Shown piece after piece: positions 25,919 through 39,429 of a stretch of 64,000 bases of DNA (its first letter is position 1; every line of letters starts with the position of its first letter). Source of the stretch: Octopus vulgaris (lineage: Eukaryota); assembly GCA_951406725.2 (NCBI GenBank), contig OX597832.1, positions 63,116,001-63,180,000 of the forward strand, given 5' to 3'. The notes under the pieces are model-generated. The model was not told the DNA's origin. It was given only the letters and a program-made list of their open reading frames with translations, and searched no databases. The translations under genes and the position numbers were made by a program.

Positions 25919-25990
<72 letters not shown>

Positions 25991-26040
25991 ATATAATATA
26001 ATATAATAATAATAAATGCGCCCTTTACAAGCCTGTACAT

Positions 26041-26255
26041 CGAGCTGGCAGAATGGTTAGCACGTCGGGAAAAATGCTTATCTGCGTTTCGTCCGTCTTC
26101 GTATTCTGAGTTCAAATTCCGCCGAGGTCGACTTTTCCTTTGACCCTTTCGTTGTCGATAAAATAAGTACCAGTTGAGTACTGGGGTCGGTGTAATCGAC
26201 TGCCCTCTCCCCCTCCCCCAAAATTTCAGACTTTGTGCCTAGAGTAGAAAGGGTT
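26041..26255 (+). mobile_element. tRNA-derived SINE family B
   Basis: gagctggcagaatggttagc...gagttcaaattcc (B box)...taagtaccagtt..tactggggtcg..gtgcctagagtagaaa. Related copies at ~32575, 33160, 51768, 57555, 58680 (+) and ~42690, 46275, 61040 (-). Confidence 0.8.
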
Positions 26256-26598
26256 ATTTTTGTTATTACTCCTTTACTTGTTTCGTTCTAGTAAAGTGCC
26301 AAAAGGGTTTAGTCTACCAAATCGCCCCTGTACATTTTTGATTCTCAAGTTTGGGACGTACACTAATGGACTCATTTGCAGAACCATCAAGTCACGGGAG
26401 CGTAAACAAACTAGCACCGATTGCCAAGCGGGGACGGATGACAAACAGAATAACGCACGCACTAAGACGTATGTGTGTGTGTGTGTGTGTGCGCGCGCGC
26501 GTGCGTACACACACATTCACGACGGGCTTCCATACAGGCTCTGCCTAGCAAAGAATTGGTCAGTTTAGGACTACAGACGACAATTACCCAAAGTGGCA

Positions 26599-26640
<42 letters not shown>

Positions 26641-27639
26641 ACACTGCATTACTATGTGGTCGCTCGATCTCCTTGAAATAGCAACAAAATTGTCCCTCAA
26701 ATCCACTCTGCGCAGTCTAAAATAATGCAAGACATACTGAATAATTTTCATGTGTGTGTGAGTGTGTATATTATCTCCATATATAAAAAAAAAGCTGTGA
26801 TGGTCACGGCTGGAATTCCATAAGCCATCCATATATCAGTTCTATCGGATTAGACCTAAAGTGAAACTTCCACAGAGACAAACACATCAACAGTTTTAAA
26901 ACTTTCCTCCACTTCGTCGTCCTCCTCCTCCTCCTCTTTCTAACTTTCCCCCACTCATCTCTCTCTCTCCCTCTCTCTGTTTTTTCATAATGCTTCTATA
27001 TACATGCTTTTTACTTTCTTTTTCATAATCCCCTTACAATCTCTCTCTTTCTTTGTATAGGTATATCTCTCTCTCCCTTTCTCTCTCCTCTTGCTCCCCC
27101 TTTCTTCTCCCTCGTTTATTTCACTCACAAATCTTTTAAATAACTCCCTCCCCCTTCTCTGTCTTCCTGCCACTCCATCTCCCACTATCCCTCATTCGTT
27201 TATTACAATATTTTCAATATACATTCGCGCACGCGCACTCATACAACTTCACTTATCTAGACATATGTAAACACATTCTAATTTAAATATGAATACACAC
27301 ACACACACCTCAATATAAACAACACTAAGTACACACACAAATCAATTGTTCAAATATACACAAACACACACAAAGATACGGGTTTCTGTGCGAGTCTATT
27401 TTGACAAACACGAGAGAAAGAAACAGACAGAAAAGGAAAGAAAGAAAGAAAATAAAAGGAAGACTGGAGAAAAAGAAAGGCAGGCGGTGGGGGTGCGTTA
27501 GATGAGACGTGAGACAAGGTGAGAGAGAGCCCATACTTGAACAGCAAGGACAATGGGAGAGAGATGTAAGCCAGGTGAGAAGAAAGATGATAGCTGGACA
27601 GGTGAGAGAGAGGAAGGAGAGAGAGAGAGAGGAAGAAGA

Positions 27640-28280
<641 letters not shown>

Positions 28281-28386
28281 GAAAGAGAGGGAGAGAGCCA
28301 CAATACCTTAACAGCAAGTTCAACGAGAGAGAGAGAAAGGTGGGGTGTAAACCAGGTGAGATGACAGAGTCTAGCTGGACAGGTGA

Positions 28387-28441
<55 letters not shown>

Positions 28442-28955
28442 GAAGAAAGGAGAAATAGGCAGATTTATAGATAAATAATGAGAAAGAAAGATACACCATA
28501 CCTGAACAGCCAGGTGAAAAAGAGAGAGAGACAGGCAGACAGAACGAGTCGTGAGAAGGCCAAGTTGACGAAGTAAGAAATCTCAGAAATGATATAAGAA
28601 AGATAATGGAAAGGAATTAAAGAAAAAAGAAAGAAAATACGGTCAGAGGTATTGCTTTTGTAATTCTTCCAAGGTACACATACACACGCACTTACATAAG
28701 TATGTACTCGTGCACAAATGCAAGAGAAATTTACGGTGAAACTAGAAAAGCAGTTAAATTTTTTAAGTTTACAGATAAATGGGGAAGATTAAAAAAAATA
28801 TAAGAGCGAGAATTTAAACAATATCGTCAGCAGAAACAAGAAATAATTTTTATAAAAAGCTACAAGAAAACTATAACGTTAAGCATGATAACAATGACGA
28901 AATATGCATGGCCTTAACATGAGAAGGGAATACAACCAGTGAAAAGTTTTTTGCC

Positions 28956-29025
<70 letters not shown>

Positions 29026-29399
29026 ATTTGGATACGTATACTCGAGGGTTGTTTGATTTGTATGCTCCGAAAAAAAAAAATTGGCGGAAAAGGATTTATA
29101 ACTCCACTTCGTCTGTATCGAAACTACGACAGCGATAACACTAGCTACGAAAGCAAGAATAAACGGCAGCAATATCAGCCAAAATGCAATTATTAACCAT
29201 AATGACAACTGCAGCAACGAAACCCTAATGAGCAACAGTTTGAAAACTTGTATGACAACAACAACAAAAATAATAATCATAATAAATAATAATAATAATA
29301 ATAATAAAAAGAACTTGACTGAAACAATGAAAAGTACAAAAGATTAGCAACAGACTGTAAACAATCTTACGGATCTCGGATTATATTTAACTAAGGGAG

Positions 29400-30500
29400 C
29401 TAAAAGTAGGGAGAAGAGAGAAACTAAGGTGGGGAGCAAAAAGTGAGTTTTGAGTCTTCCATATTGTCTGTCATCTCTTTCTTTCTTTTTTTCTTTCGTT
29501 CAGTCTCTCTTGCCTTAATACCTTCTCTCTTTCTTTCTCACATGAGGAGCTGAGAATGATCTGCAAAACAAAAAGATAAGCCCTTTCATTTCGGAGCTTA
29601 ACTAATTGATTGCAAATCTATTTTTTGTTTATAGTGTTGGTGATCGCTCGTTTTCATTCACATTGTAAATAACCCTCGAAAAAAAGAAAAAGCAACCCAA
29701 ATACATGGGCGTCGTAACATTCCGTTTCTCTTCCGCCAAACGTTGACACCTGGTGCTTGCCTCGTTAGTATTAATACAAAAAATGTAACTTTATTTATAA
29801 ATATATAATTTAAATAAGAAAAGGAAAAGCTATTTCAATACCTAACGATAGCGAATGAGAGACCTGCTGTTGAACTTAACGCTCTCACTTCCACCCGTAT
29901 TCTCACACCTCTCCTCATGCTCACCTTCAGCCTCTCACTTCTACTCATCATCTCTTTCGCTCCTCTTACTTCCTCTTATGCTCTCCTTTACCCTCTCACT
30001 CACACTCCCCCTCAAATCAGCTGAGTTCGTAACACTCGATACTAGTTATTTTGATTCTTGTTTAATAGACCACTTAAAACTTCTTCACTTCCACAGTGCT
30101 GGTCTTCTCGGGAGTGGCATGAACATTACGAAATCCTATTTTTCTTATTCTACCTTTTTCTTCCTCCCCACCATTCATTTCTTGTAACGTCTAAATGTTC
30201 TAAAAACAGAGGAAAACAAACCCATTTAAGAAGGATTAAATTGTAAACACCTAGAAAATATTTCAAGTTTTTTTCTGGTTTATTTGTTTTTTTTTTTTTT
30301 TGCTATTTAGCGAGAATTTTTTCATTTATTTATCAACCATATTGTTGTGAAGTTTACTTTTTTTTAATTCTTCCGGAGAAAAGAAAATAATTTCAAACAA
30401 GTCCTCAAGCGCGACAGCTCCCTTTTCCTGTGTCTATGTAGAAAATTATTAATATTATTATTATTTGTATAAAAGAAGAAAAAAACACAACAGCAACAAA
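29400..30500 (+). promoter_or_regulatory. Probable promoter / 5'UTR region of the filamin-like gene
   Basis: About 1.1 kb free of SINEs and long microsatellites immediately upstream of the ATG, in an otherwise repeat-dense window. The transcription start cannot be determined from sequence. Confidence 0.35.
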
Positions 30501-30840
30501 ATGGCCAATTCCAGCATTGGTCAAAATGTGCGGACATTGGAAGGCCATGCGGCTATGTCTATGAAACGTACTGGACCAGACGACTTCCGATGGATCGAAA
30601 TACAAACTACAACGTTCAGAAACTGGGTGAATGAACAGTTGCCGGATGAAAGTGAAATCTCTGATTTAGAAACGGAATTTGCTGATGGAATCAAACTTAT
30701 TGCTCTTGTGGAAGCCTTACAATCGAAACCTATTGGTCGAAAAATCTGTAAGAAACCTCTTAACCAACATCAGTACCTGGAAAACTTATCTATAGCATTG
30801 GATGCCATTCTGAAAGACAAAGTTAAACTTGTTAACATCG
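30501..30840 (+). CDS. First coding exon of a filamin-family actin cross-linker (calponin-homology CH1 domain; Jitterbug-like)
   Basis: ATG at 30501 (caaaATGG) and a GTAAGC donor at 30841 (phase 1). The translation contains WIEIQTTTFRNWVNEQL, DLETEFADGIKLIALVEALQ and LENLSIALDAI..DKVKLVNIG, which match the filamin/alpha-actinin CH1 motifs. The N-terminal EGHAA motif resembles Jitterbug-type filamins (recalled, not searched). Confidence 0.9.
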
Positions 30841-31159
30841 GTAAGCAAATAATATTTTTGTTCCGTTCGTGGTTTTGGGGCTTTCATGTTTTAACTGTTG
30901 GTGCTATGTATTATTCGTTAACTTTTTAACTCGATTCTATGCAACTTAGCTTCGTAGGTTCGTTCTACGAGCCTACGAAATTAAGTCGCATGGAGCCAAA
31001 TCTAACTGTTATTAAATAATAAATGTAACTCATATCAAATATGTTGAATGCCACATTCTTTCGTTTGTCCACTCAACTATATAAAAGTATCAAATTCTAT
31101 TTTAGATGTGCTTTTTTCTTGACTTCTACGCAACTGACTGATTATACATATATATATAT

Positions 31160-31171
31160 ATTTGTATGTCT

Positions 31172-31209
<38 letters not shown>

Positions 31210-31221
31210 CACTTGTATGTC

Positions 31222-31267
<46 letters not shown>

Positions 31268-31319
31268 CACTTGTATGTCTGTGCATATATATATATATAT
31301 ACATATACACTTGTATGTC

Positions 31320-31363
<44 letters not shown>

Positions 31364-31375
31364 CACTTGTATGTC

Positions 31376-31412
<37 letters not shown>
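31160..31412. repeat. Minisatellite ACATATACACTTGTATGTCTGTGC(AT)n, 4-5 units
   Basis: Seen directly. Confidence 0.9.
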
Positions 31413-31416
<4 letters not shown>

Positions 31417-31734
31417 TGGGGTGAGGTCAGCGGCATAGCTCCTATTTATACTGCCTGGTCTTGCGGTTACTCCCACCACCACCACGGAAAACAGAAGGGA
31501 AAGCATTCGACTTCTTTCTCTTTGTGGGGAGTGGGGAGTATCCAAAGGGATTTTCCACCCAATATTCTACACGCTACATTTTATAGCTTTATCTATTTTG
31601 GGTTCCACCGTTAAATTTAATCTACATCACATATAATTATGTAAAATGCTGCTTCGCCCACCTGAAAGTGGGTGGGGTGCTTTTGTCCCGCCAAAATCTC
31701 AAACAAATTTAATTTTTAAACAATCCGAACCAAA

Positions 31735-32020
31735 TTAGTCGAACAAATTTGGTTCTTATTCTATCGGTCACTTTCACCAAACCGCTACGTTACGGGGACG
31801 TGAAAAAACTAACACTGGTTATCAACTGGCGTTGGGATAAAAACAAACACGCACATACATATACGACGAGCTTCTTTCAGTTTTCGTCTACCAAATCCAC
31901 TCACAAGGTTCTGGTTGGCCCGAGGTTATAGTAGAAGACACTTGCCCAAGGTATCACGCAGTAGGACTGAACCCAGAACCATGTGATTTGGAAACAAACT
32001 TGTTACCACAAAGTCATGCC
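31735..32020 (-). mobile_element. SINE family A
   Basis: Reverse-complement homology with an internal deletion. Confidence 0.75.
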
Positions 32021-32039
32021 AGTAGATAAAATAATTATT

Positions 32040-32270
32040 TCTTTATTGCCCACAGGGGGCTAAGCATAGAGGGAACAAACAAGGAGTGACAAAGAGATTA
32101 AGTTGATTACATCGACCCCAGTGCGTAACTGGTACTTATTTAATCGACCTCGAACGGATGAAAGGCAAAGCCGACCTCGGAGGAATTTGGGTTCAGAGCG
32201 TAACGGCTGACGAAATACCGCTAAGCGTTTCACCCGACGTGCTAACGATTCTGCCAGCTCGCCGCCCTCC
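32040..32270 (-). mobile_element. SINE family B variant with a different 3' tail
   Basis: Family B head and body. The tail reads ttagccccctgtgggcaataaag on the minus strand. Confidence 0.75.
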
Positions 32271-32720
32271 ACTAGACACGATAATATTACAGCATCGAGT
32301 GACACAAAACTTATTGTATGTTTTTAAAGATGTCACTGACATCTCACGTAAACTTACTGTTATGCATACACACATTGTTGCCCTCACACACACCACTACT
32401 ACTTACCAGAAATGATTATTGAATTCTGCTTCTTGTTTTGCTTTAAGAATAAAAATAGCGGTGGACCCCAATTCCCAGTGGGGAAACACATAGTTAATAT
32501 TCAATCGGCGCTAACCCTCACCCCAAATATCTGGCGTTTGTGCTTAAATAAGAAATTATTACTGCTACTTTAGAACATTTACTTTCCGAGTTCAAATTCC
32601 GCTGTGGGCGACTTTGCCTTTCATCCTTTCGGAGTCGATAAATTAAATACCAGTGACACAGTGGGGTCGATGTAACCGACTAGCCTCCTCCCCCATAATT
32701 CCAGGCCTTGTGCCTATAGT

Positions 32721-33142
32721 GGCGATCTTTCGTCTCTAGTAGACCTTTCCGTCGATTTCCGTAAAAAAAATTTTTTTTTTACATATGGGCTTGCGGGAAC
32801 TTTTGAAGTAATATACATACATATACACATACACCGAGTAAAAAATTTTAGTTATCTCTTTCTTTCACACATTACTCTGTCTCTTCACACACACTAACAG
32901 AAGCACTTCACTTACACAACATACTGTCTGTCTCCCACACCCCATCAAACACACACACACACATGTACATCAATGCTTCCCATGCACGGTAACTTAAAAA
33001 GAACTTCCCTCGTCATAAAATCGCTTTCTCTTAGTCTCTTTCGCTCTCATTACTTCAAAAGTTCCCGCAAGCCCATATGTAAAAAAAAAAAAAAAATTTT
33101 ACGGAAATCGACGGAAAGGTCTACTAGAGACGAAAGATTGCC
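32721..33142. mobile_element. MITE with ~92-bp near-perfect TIRs, inserted in a SINE tail
   Basis: 32721-32812 is the reverse complement of 33049-33142. It interrupts the SINE end gtgcctatagt|gaagg. Confidence 0.8.
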
Positions 33143-33654
33143 GAAGGTATTATTATTGAGGCGGTGAACTGGCGGAATGGTTAGCACGCCGGGCGAAATG
33201 TTTAGAGGTATTTGGTCTTCCGTTACGTTTTGAGTTCAAATTCCGCGATGTTGACTTTGCCTTTGATCCTTTCTGATATAATGAAAGTACCAGTTACGTT
33301 CAGTTTATTTCTTTTATTTCTATTCTCTTGCTTTTTTTTTATTGTTCCTCTTCAGAATTTCTCTGTTTTGAAAGTCCCTCGCAGACATTTAAAATTTCAA
33401 ACTAAATATCGATTGCATCTGCTTCCGTTATATGGAAGAACCGATACGGAGTAAGGACACTGCATCGCCTTCTCACACTTCAAAGAGAAAAAAAAAATGT
33501 CCCCCAAAACTAACTGAACGAAAACAAAGCAGAATTGTTTCTTCTTTGAAATACTGATCTCAGTACTTACCATGGATTTGAACTCCGACATCACATTTGC
33601 ATCTGTACACAAATAAACATACTTAACTAAGCCAATTGAAAGAGACCTCTAGAG

Positions 33655-34141
33655 CAGCGTTTTTTAAACATTTTGCCGCGACCCACTGAAGGGTCGGGAC
33701 CAGAGACGTGCTGCCTGGGTAGGCAAAATAGGGAGTGCCTACCCTGAATAAAATAGATCGATAGTAATATTTTCCTTTTATGGCAAAATATGAACCTAAT
33801 TCAATGAAATTATGAAGGTTACTCTGATTACTATGCATAAAATGCAAAATGTTTTATTTTTTGTAGATTAGGTAGGCATAATTCGCCCCTGCCTTTCAAT
33901 CTCAGTATTTAAGCCACACATAGTATTGCCGTAGTACTCGTGCTGCGTACATTCCTACAACTTCGTTTTCTTTACGGGCTATTAAGGCAACAGTAAATCT
34001 GCCTTCAACTCAGTCGCGCGCCTGTGTTTCGCGTATTTTTGTGTGTATGTATGTTTTACTACATAAACGTCACCAACTGCCTACCCTGAGTAATTACTGA
34101 CGGCGCGTGCCTGGTCGGGACCCACAGTTTGAAAAACACTG
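33655..34141. mobile_element. Non-autonomous hAT (Charlie-like) element
   Basis: Perfect 8-bp target-site duplication CTCTAGAG (33647-33654 and 34142-34149). TIRs cagcgttttttaaac / gtttgaaaaacactg and subterminal gacccac motifs. Confidence 0.88.
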
Positions 34142-35638
34142 CTCTAGAGTAACAGACTTCAAAATAAGTACTGGGGTCGATTTGTTTGACTAAACTCTTC
34201 AAGGCTCTGCCCCAGTATGGCCGCATTCGAATGACTGAAACGAGTAAAAGACGAAAAGCAGGCAGTGTCTATTTACTCAAATGGGCTTCAAAGAGGAAAG
34301 GTGTGTAGACTGATGGTTAGGGTATTGCATTCGCGATCGTAAGGTAGTGGTTTCGATTCTCGGACTAGGCGGGGTTGCGTTGTATTGTTAAGCAAAACCC
34401 TTCATTTCGCATTATTTCAGTTCACCCAACTGTAAATGAGTTCCACCAACTATTGAGGAGTTAACTTTGTGGTGAACTTCCATCTCGTTCTGAATTAAAC
34501 GCCGGCTTTATGAGCCCTTCGACTCGTGACAGATACGATTTAAATGTTCTTGGTCCTTTTGTGGTGTTAGTGGGTTGTGGGGGTAAGAGTGCCAAGATTG
34601 ATCGTTAGGTGAGAACGGTGCGCAGTATACAAAATTTGGGCGTGGCAAAAGCTTCAGTGAGTGAGTTACAGTAAAAAGATTTTGAAAAGTATGCGTGCAG
34701 GATCTGATGTGTGAGAGTTTAAGTGCAGGAGATTAGGCGAATCGTTAGAGCGTCGGCATATTGTTTACAGCGCTTTCTGCATTGTTAGCTTTTTTATTTT
34801 CCTTTTTCTTCTTCGGTACTACAGTGCTTCAAGCGAACTACAACGCTGTTACGCACTCTGCTAGCTTTATAAAAATAAAGCTATTCGCAAACTAGTACTG
34901 CATATAAGCCTAGCTATTCACAAGAGGCTGAGCGGTCGTATACGGGAACATCTTTGATTATAAGGTTTCTCAGTAATTCACCAGAATTACCATCAACCAA
35001 CCAGCATTGGACAAACTATACGAAGAGATAGGATGGTTATGGTTGGAAGCAGAAAAAGGAAAATAAGAAAGTTTTACAAAAATTAACTTTATAATTCGGG
35101 CACAAAAGCCCATCATCAGAAAGAAGTAGTCTTGGAAATGTCCAGATATACCGATTCCATTACCTTACTCAAACTTCTAGGAGCTGAGGGAAATTTTGCT
35201 GTCATGTTTAGCAGATCGAGAGATTGTATGGAATAAGTTGCTTCGTTAGCTCGTAGTGAACCGATGGTAGTAGTTTATCTGGTATGTCTGGCGACTGATT
35301 GAGATCACACCTCGCTAAAATGTTTGTAAACAAACTGCCAGAACCATATTGGCACTTGAGAGATACGTGTGTGTATGTGTGTGTGTGTGTGCGCGCGCAT
35401 GTTTCGAAGCGTCAGGATGTAAGCGTGCAGGCATGCTTGAGAGAGCGGGAGAGAGGTGTATGATGAGTTAACGCTGTGGTTATGCAGCGGCCGACTTCAT
35501 TTAAATTTCTTAGAACCGAAAACTGTACCTTGGTATTCTCTCATGCCGCGTATCAAGCAGCGTGTTGGTGTGGAAGACAACGCATATGAGAGGTCAGAGG
35601 TCAACCGTCTCAACTAGAGAGAAATTTATAACGTAAAG

Positions 35639-35691
<53 letters not shown>

Positions 35692-35709
35692 TATAAACAC
35701 ACACACACA

Positions 35710-35922
35710 CGAGGGGTGCTGAAAAGTTTATGGCTTTAAGGGTGTCGCGAAAGGCCTGGATGGAGGCCTAACCTTCTAAGTTCTTTTACAAGGCTCAGAA
35801 AAACTGAAGGGCGGCTGCAATAAGTGTGAATCTAGAGGGAAATATGTTGAATAAAATCATAATTCCATGATCCTCCTGTATTTTCTTTCACCCGAAGCAA
35901 GGAACTTTTCAGCAGCCCCTCG
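35710..35922 (+). mobile_element. Mariner-derived MITE
   Basis: TIRs cgaggggtgctgaaaagtt / aacttttcagcagcccctcg, with a residual transposase C-terminus (..KC....G.YVE*). Confidence 0.75.
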
Positions 35923-35965
35923 TGTATGCACATAAATCGTAAATGGCCCTACTACGTGCAGATAC

Positions 35966-36055
<90 letters not shown>

Positions 36056-36096
36056 ACACACAGACAGACAGACACACAGTTAATGCATAAATTTTT

Positions 36097-36460
36097 ATTG
36101 TGTTGTAAGAAGCTTGCTTCCCAAAACCATGGTTTCGGCTTCATTCCCATTACGTAGCACCTTGGGCAAGTCTTCCGCTATAGCCTCGGGCCGACCAAAG
36201 CCTTGTGAGTGGATTTGGTAGACGGAAATTGAAAGAAGCTCGTCATATATATGTGTGTGTGTGTGTGTGTTTGTGTCTGTTTGCCGCCATCGCTTGACAA
36301 CCGATGCTGGTGTGTTTACGTCCCCGTAACTCAGCGGTTCGGCACAAGTGACCGACAGAATAAGTACCAGGCTTACAAAGAATAAGTCCTGGAGACGATT
36401 TGTTCGACTTAAAGCGGTGCTCCTGCATGGCCGCAGTCAAATGACTGAAACAAGTGGGGA
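36097..36460 (+). mobile_element. SINE family A
   Basis: Colinear with 5136-5545. Confidence 0.8.
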
Positions 36461-37489
36461 AAAAAATGAAAGAAAAGAATATGTTCATACATAGTTACAG
36501 CATATGTACGCATGTATACACGCACACACACACTTATATATATACATACATACATACATACATACACGGGTGTACATATGCATGTAGGTAATACACTAAC
36601 ATTTGCATGCAGGTCTTGCCCAACAGCAGCCGAGGCTCAATTCGCTTCGGTTCGTTCGCGTTGCACAGCAAACAACAATAAGGACAGCAACGACGTGTGC
36701 GACGACGGATAAACACAACGAGAGAGAGTGGGAGGGGGGATGGAGTTCAGAGGATAGGGAAGAGTAGGAAGAAGACGGGAAATGGGGGAGTGAACGTGAA
36801 AAGAATGTGGCGGGGAAGAGAGGGTGAGAAAAGCACAAAGTGTCGGTAGATGTCACCAGCTGTTCTACAAAAGTAAATAGCGGCGGTTCTGAGGAGCTGC
36901 TGTGATGAGGTAACAGGAGTGAAGTATGTGGAGTGAAGTGAGAGTGAGAGGGGTAGCAGTCTGGTGGTGGAGGTACGAGTGAATAAATAGGTGAAACAAA
37001 TTGTCAATAGATGTCAGCAGCTGTTCTATTGAAGTAAATAGCTGCGGCTCTGGGGAGTTGCTCTCAGATAACATAACACGTGGAGTGAGAGAGAATGGGA
37101 GTGGAACTAAATGATGAGTAAAGCCAAATTGACTGTTGGCGATGGAGGTTGGCAACCGGTGCAGGTGAATGGATGGAACAAATTGTTTATACCGAAGTAA
37201 AATACCTGTAACTTTAAGGTTACAGGTATTTTACGGAGAGCTTAACACAAGAATGTGGAGAGAAAGATAGAGTGATAGAATGAGTGAAGGGAATCTGAGT
37301 GGCGATGGTTGAAGGAACGGAGGCCGGTGGTGCGAGTAAAAGGAATAGGGGACAGTGGTGTTGAGGCTTTGTTGCCCGTATAGCCCCTAACTTAGTTCAG
37401 ATCATTTAGCTCATACATTTCTTATGCACGTCCTCATGTTGTCCCTTTTTATTCGTTTATTTGAATTGACTATATATATATAGTCAGTT

Positions 37490-37850
37490 AGGTGCAGGCG
37501 TGGCTGTGTAGTAACAAGCTTGCTTCCCAACCACATGGTTCCGGGTTCAGTCCCACTGCATGGCACATTGAACGAGTGTCTTTTCTTATAGCCTCGGGCC
37601 AACCAAAGCCTTGTTTTGGTAGACGGAAACCGAAAGAAAACTGTCGTGTGTGTGTGTGTGTGCGTGTGTGTCCTTACTATTGTTTGACAACCGATATTGG
37701 TGTGTTTACGTCCCGTAACTCAGCGATTCAGCAAAAGAAACCGATAGAATGAGTACTAGGCTAACAAAGAATAAGTCTTGGGGTCGAGTTGTTCGACTAA
37801 AGGCGGTGCTCCAGCATGGCCGCAGTCAAATGACTAAAACGAATAAAAGA
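37490..37850 (+). mobile_element. SINE family A
   Basis: Colinear with 5136-5545. Confidence 0.8.
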
Positions 37851-38398
37851 ATATATATATATATATATATATCATGTCATGTGAAGGCGTGTGGTCTAGT
37901 GGTTAAGGGTGTTGCCCCCACGATCGTGAGATTGTAGTTTCAATTCTCAGACCGGCATCGCTCATGTCACGTTGCCCCAGTCATCTAAGCTGTAAATGGA
38001 TAACCCATCAACAGACTAACCTTCCGATCGGGGGGGGGGATGTTGGCCTGCTCGTCTAGCCGGCTGGGTAGCATCATTTGAATTTTAAAACAATACTAAG
38101 CGCATTGTGACCAGCGTTGTAATACAACCGATCGCCTGATCGATACTGCCATACAGTTTTTCGATATCTTTATGTGATAATAGCCGATATAAATATTGGT
38201 TGGTAGCTTGGCTGGCTGGCTGGTTTCTCCAGACACGCTTTACATCATATTGAGAGAAGTGAGAGAGTAAAAGAGAAATACAGAGATCTAACGTAAGTAC
38301 GCATACAAGGTTTGGTGGCCGGCAATGAGTAAATGAATATACACACTCAGCGAAAAACTCATAGAGAAGAGAAAAAAAATATATATATATATATAAAA

Positions 38399-38614
38399 AG
38401 GTTGGTGTATAATTACTGCGGATTTTTTTTTAAATAAATTTTATTCAACAAAAACAATAACATTTAACAAAAACATCCTTAAATGATTATTCCGGAGTAT
38501 ATTCACTATCTACTTCAATTGCTGCTTGGCGTTTTGTTTAAATTAGCGCTTTGTTTAAATTTTTTGTTGAATAAAATTTATTGAAAAAAAGCCGCAATAA
38601 TTATGCACCAACCT
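38399..38614. mobile_element. Mariner-type MITE
   Basis: About 55-bp inverted ends aggttggtgtataatta..ttattcaacaaaaa / tttttgttgaataa..taattatgcaccaacct. Confidence 0.75.
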
Positions 38615-39069
38615 AACACACACACACACACACACACACATGTATGAGCGGGGCTGTATGGTATCATAATATAAACTCAAGGTGGAAAATAATTTGTGTT
38701 CATTTTTTTTTTGTTTATAATTTTTGAATATTTTATTTGATTTTATGTTTGCTTGTTTTTCAAATTTATTATTGAAAAGTTTAAATTGTAATCATTATTA
38801 CATGTATATGATATTTCATGGTGGCAAAAATATACTTCCAAAATAAGATTTTCTTGTGGACTATATAACTGTATTTTTCCCGAATTTAAAACGATCGGGT
38901 TGTAATTGGAGAGAGATTTGACTGCCACATCTAGAACGTCGTCTAATCAAATAATGACTCCCTCATTGTGTGTGTGTGTGTGTGTGTTGGTGTTTTTCAG
39001 TATTTTTACACCAACGTAGCGATTTGGCAGTCGTAAAAACATGGGACAGATAACCTTTTAACCTTATAT

Positions 39070-39395
39070 GATCTAAGTTCTAATCCCACTGGAGTCACCA
39101 CAGTCTCTCTCGTTACCTTGAGAAAGTGTCTTCTACTATAGTCTCGGGCCGACCAAAACCTTGTGAGTGGATTTGTTAGACGGAAACTGAAAGAAGCCCC
39201 TCGTGTGTCTGTTTGTCCCCTATCTTGACGGCTGGTGCCGGTGTGTTTACGTCATCGTGACTTGGCGGTGCGGCAAAAAGAGAACGATAAAATAAGTACG
39301 TGGTTTTAAAACAAATAACTACTGGAATCGATTCGTTCGACTAAAACCCTGTAAGGCGGTGCTCCAGCATGGTCGCAGTCTAATGATTGAAGTGC

Positions 39396-39429
<34 letters not shown>

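Larger units (their letters stand above)
20257..25929 (-). mobile_element. Penelope-like retroelement (Neptune-type), nearly intact, with direct and inverted pseudo-LTRs
   Basis: RT and GIY-YIG ORFs on the minus strand. Direct repeat 20257-20508 = 24660-24911. Inverted repeat 20291-21322 vs 24907-25929. Hammerhead motifs lie in the repeats, and both ends merge into (TA)n tracts. Confidence 0.95.

Noticed and set aside
30841-30929. Continuation of the filamin ORF to the stop at 30929
   Set aside because: Homology ends at VNIG, exactly at a GTAAGC donor, so the rest is intron read-through.
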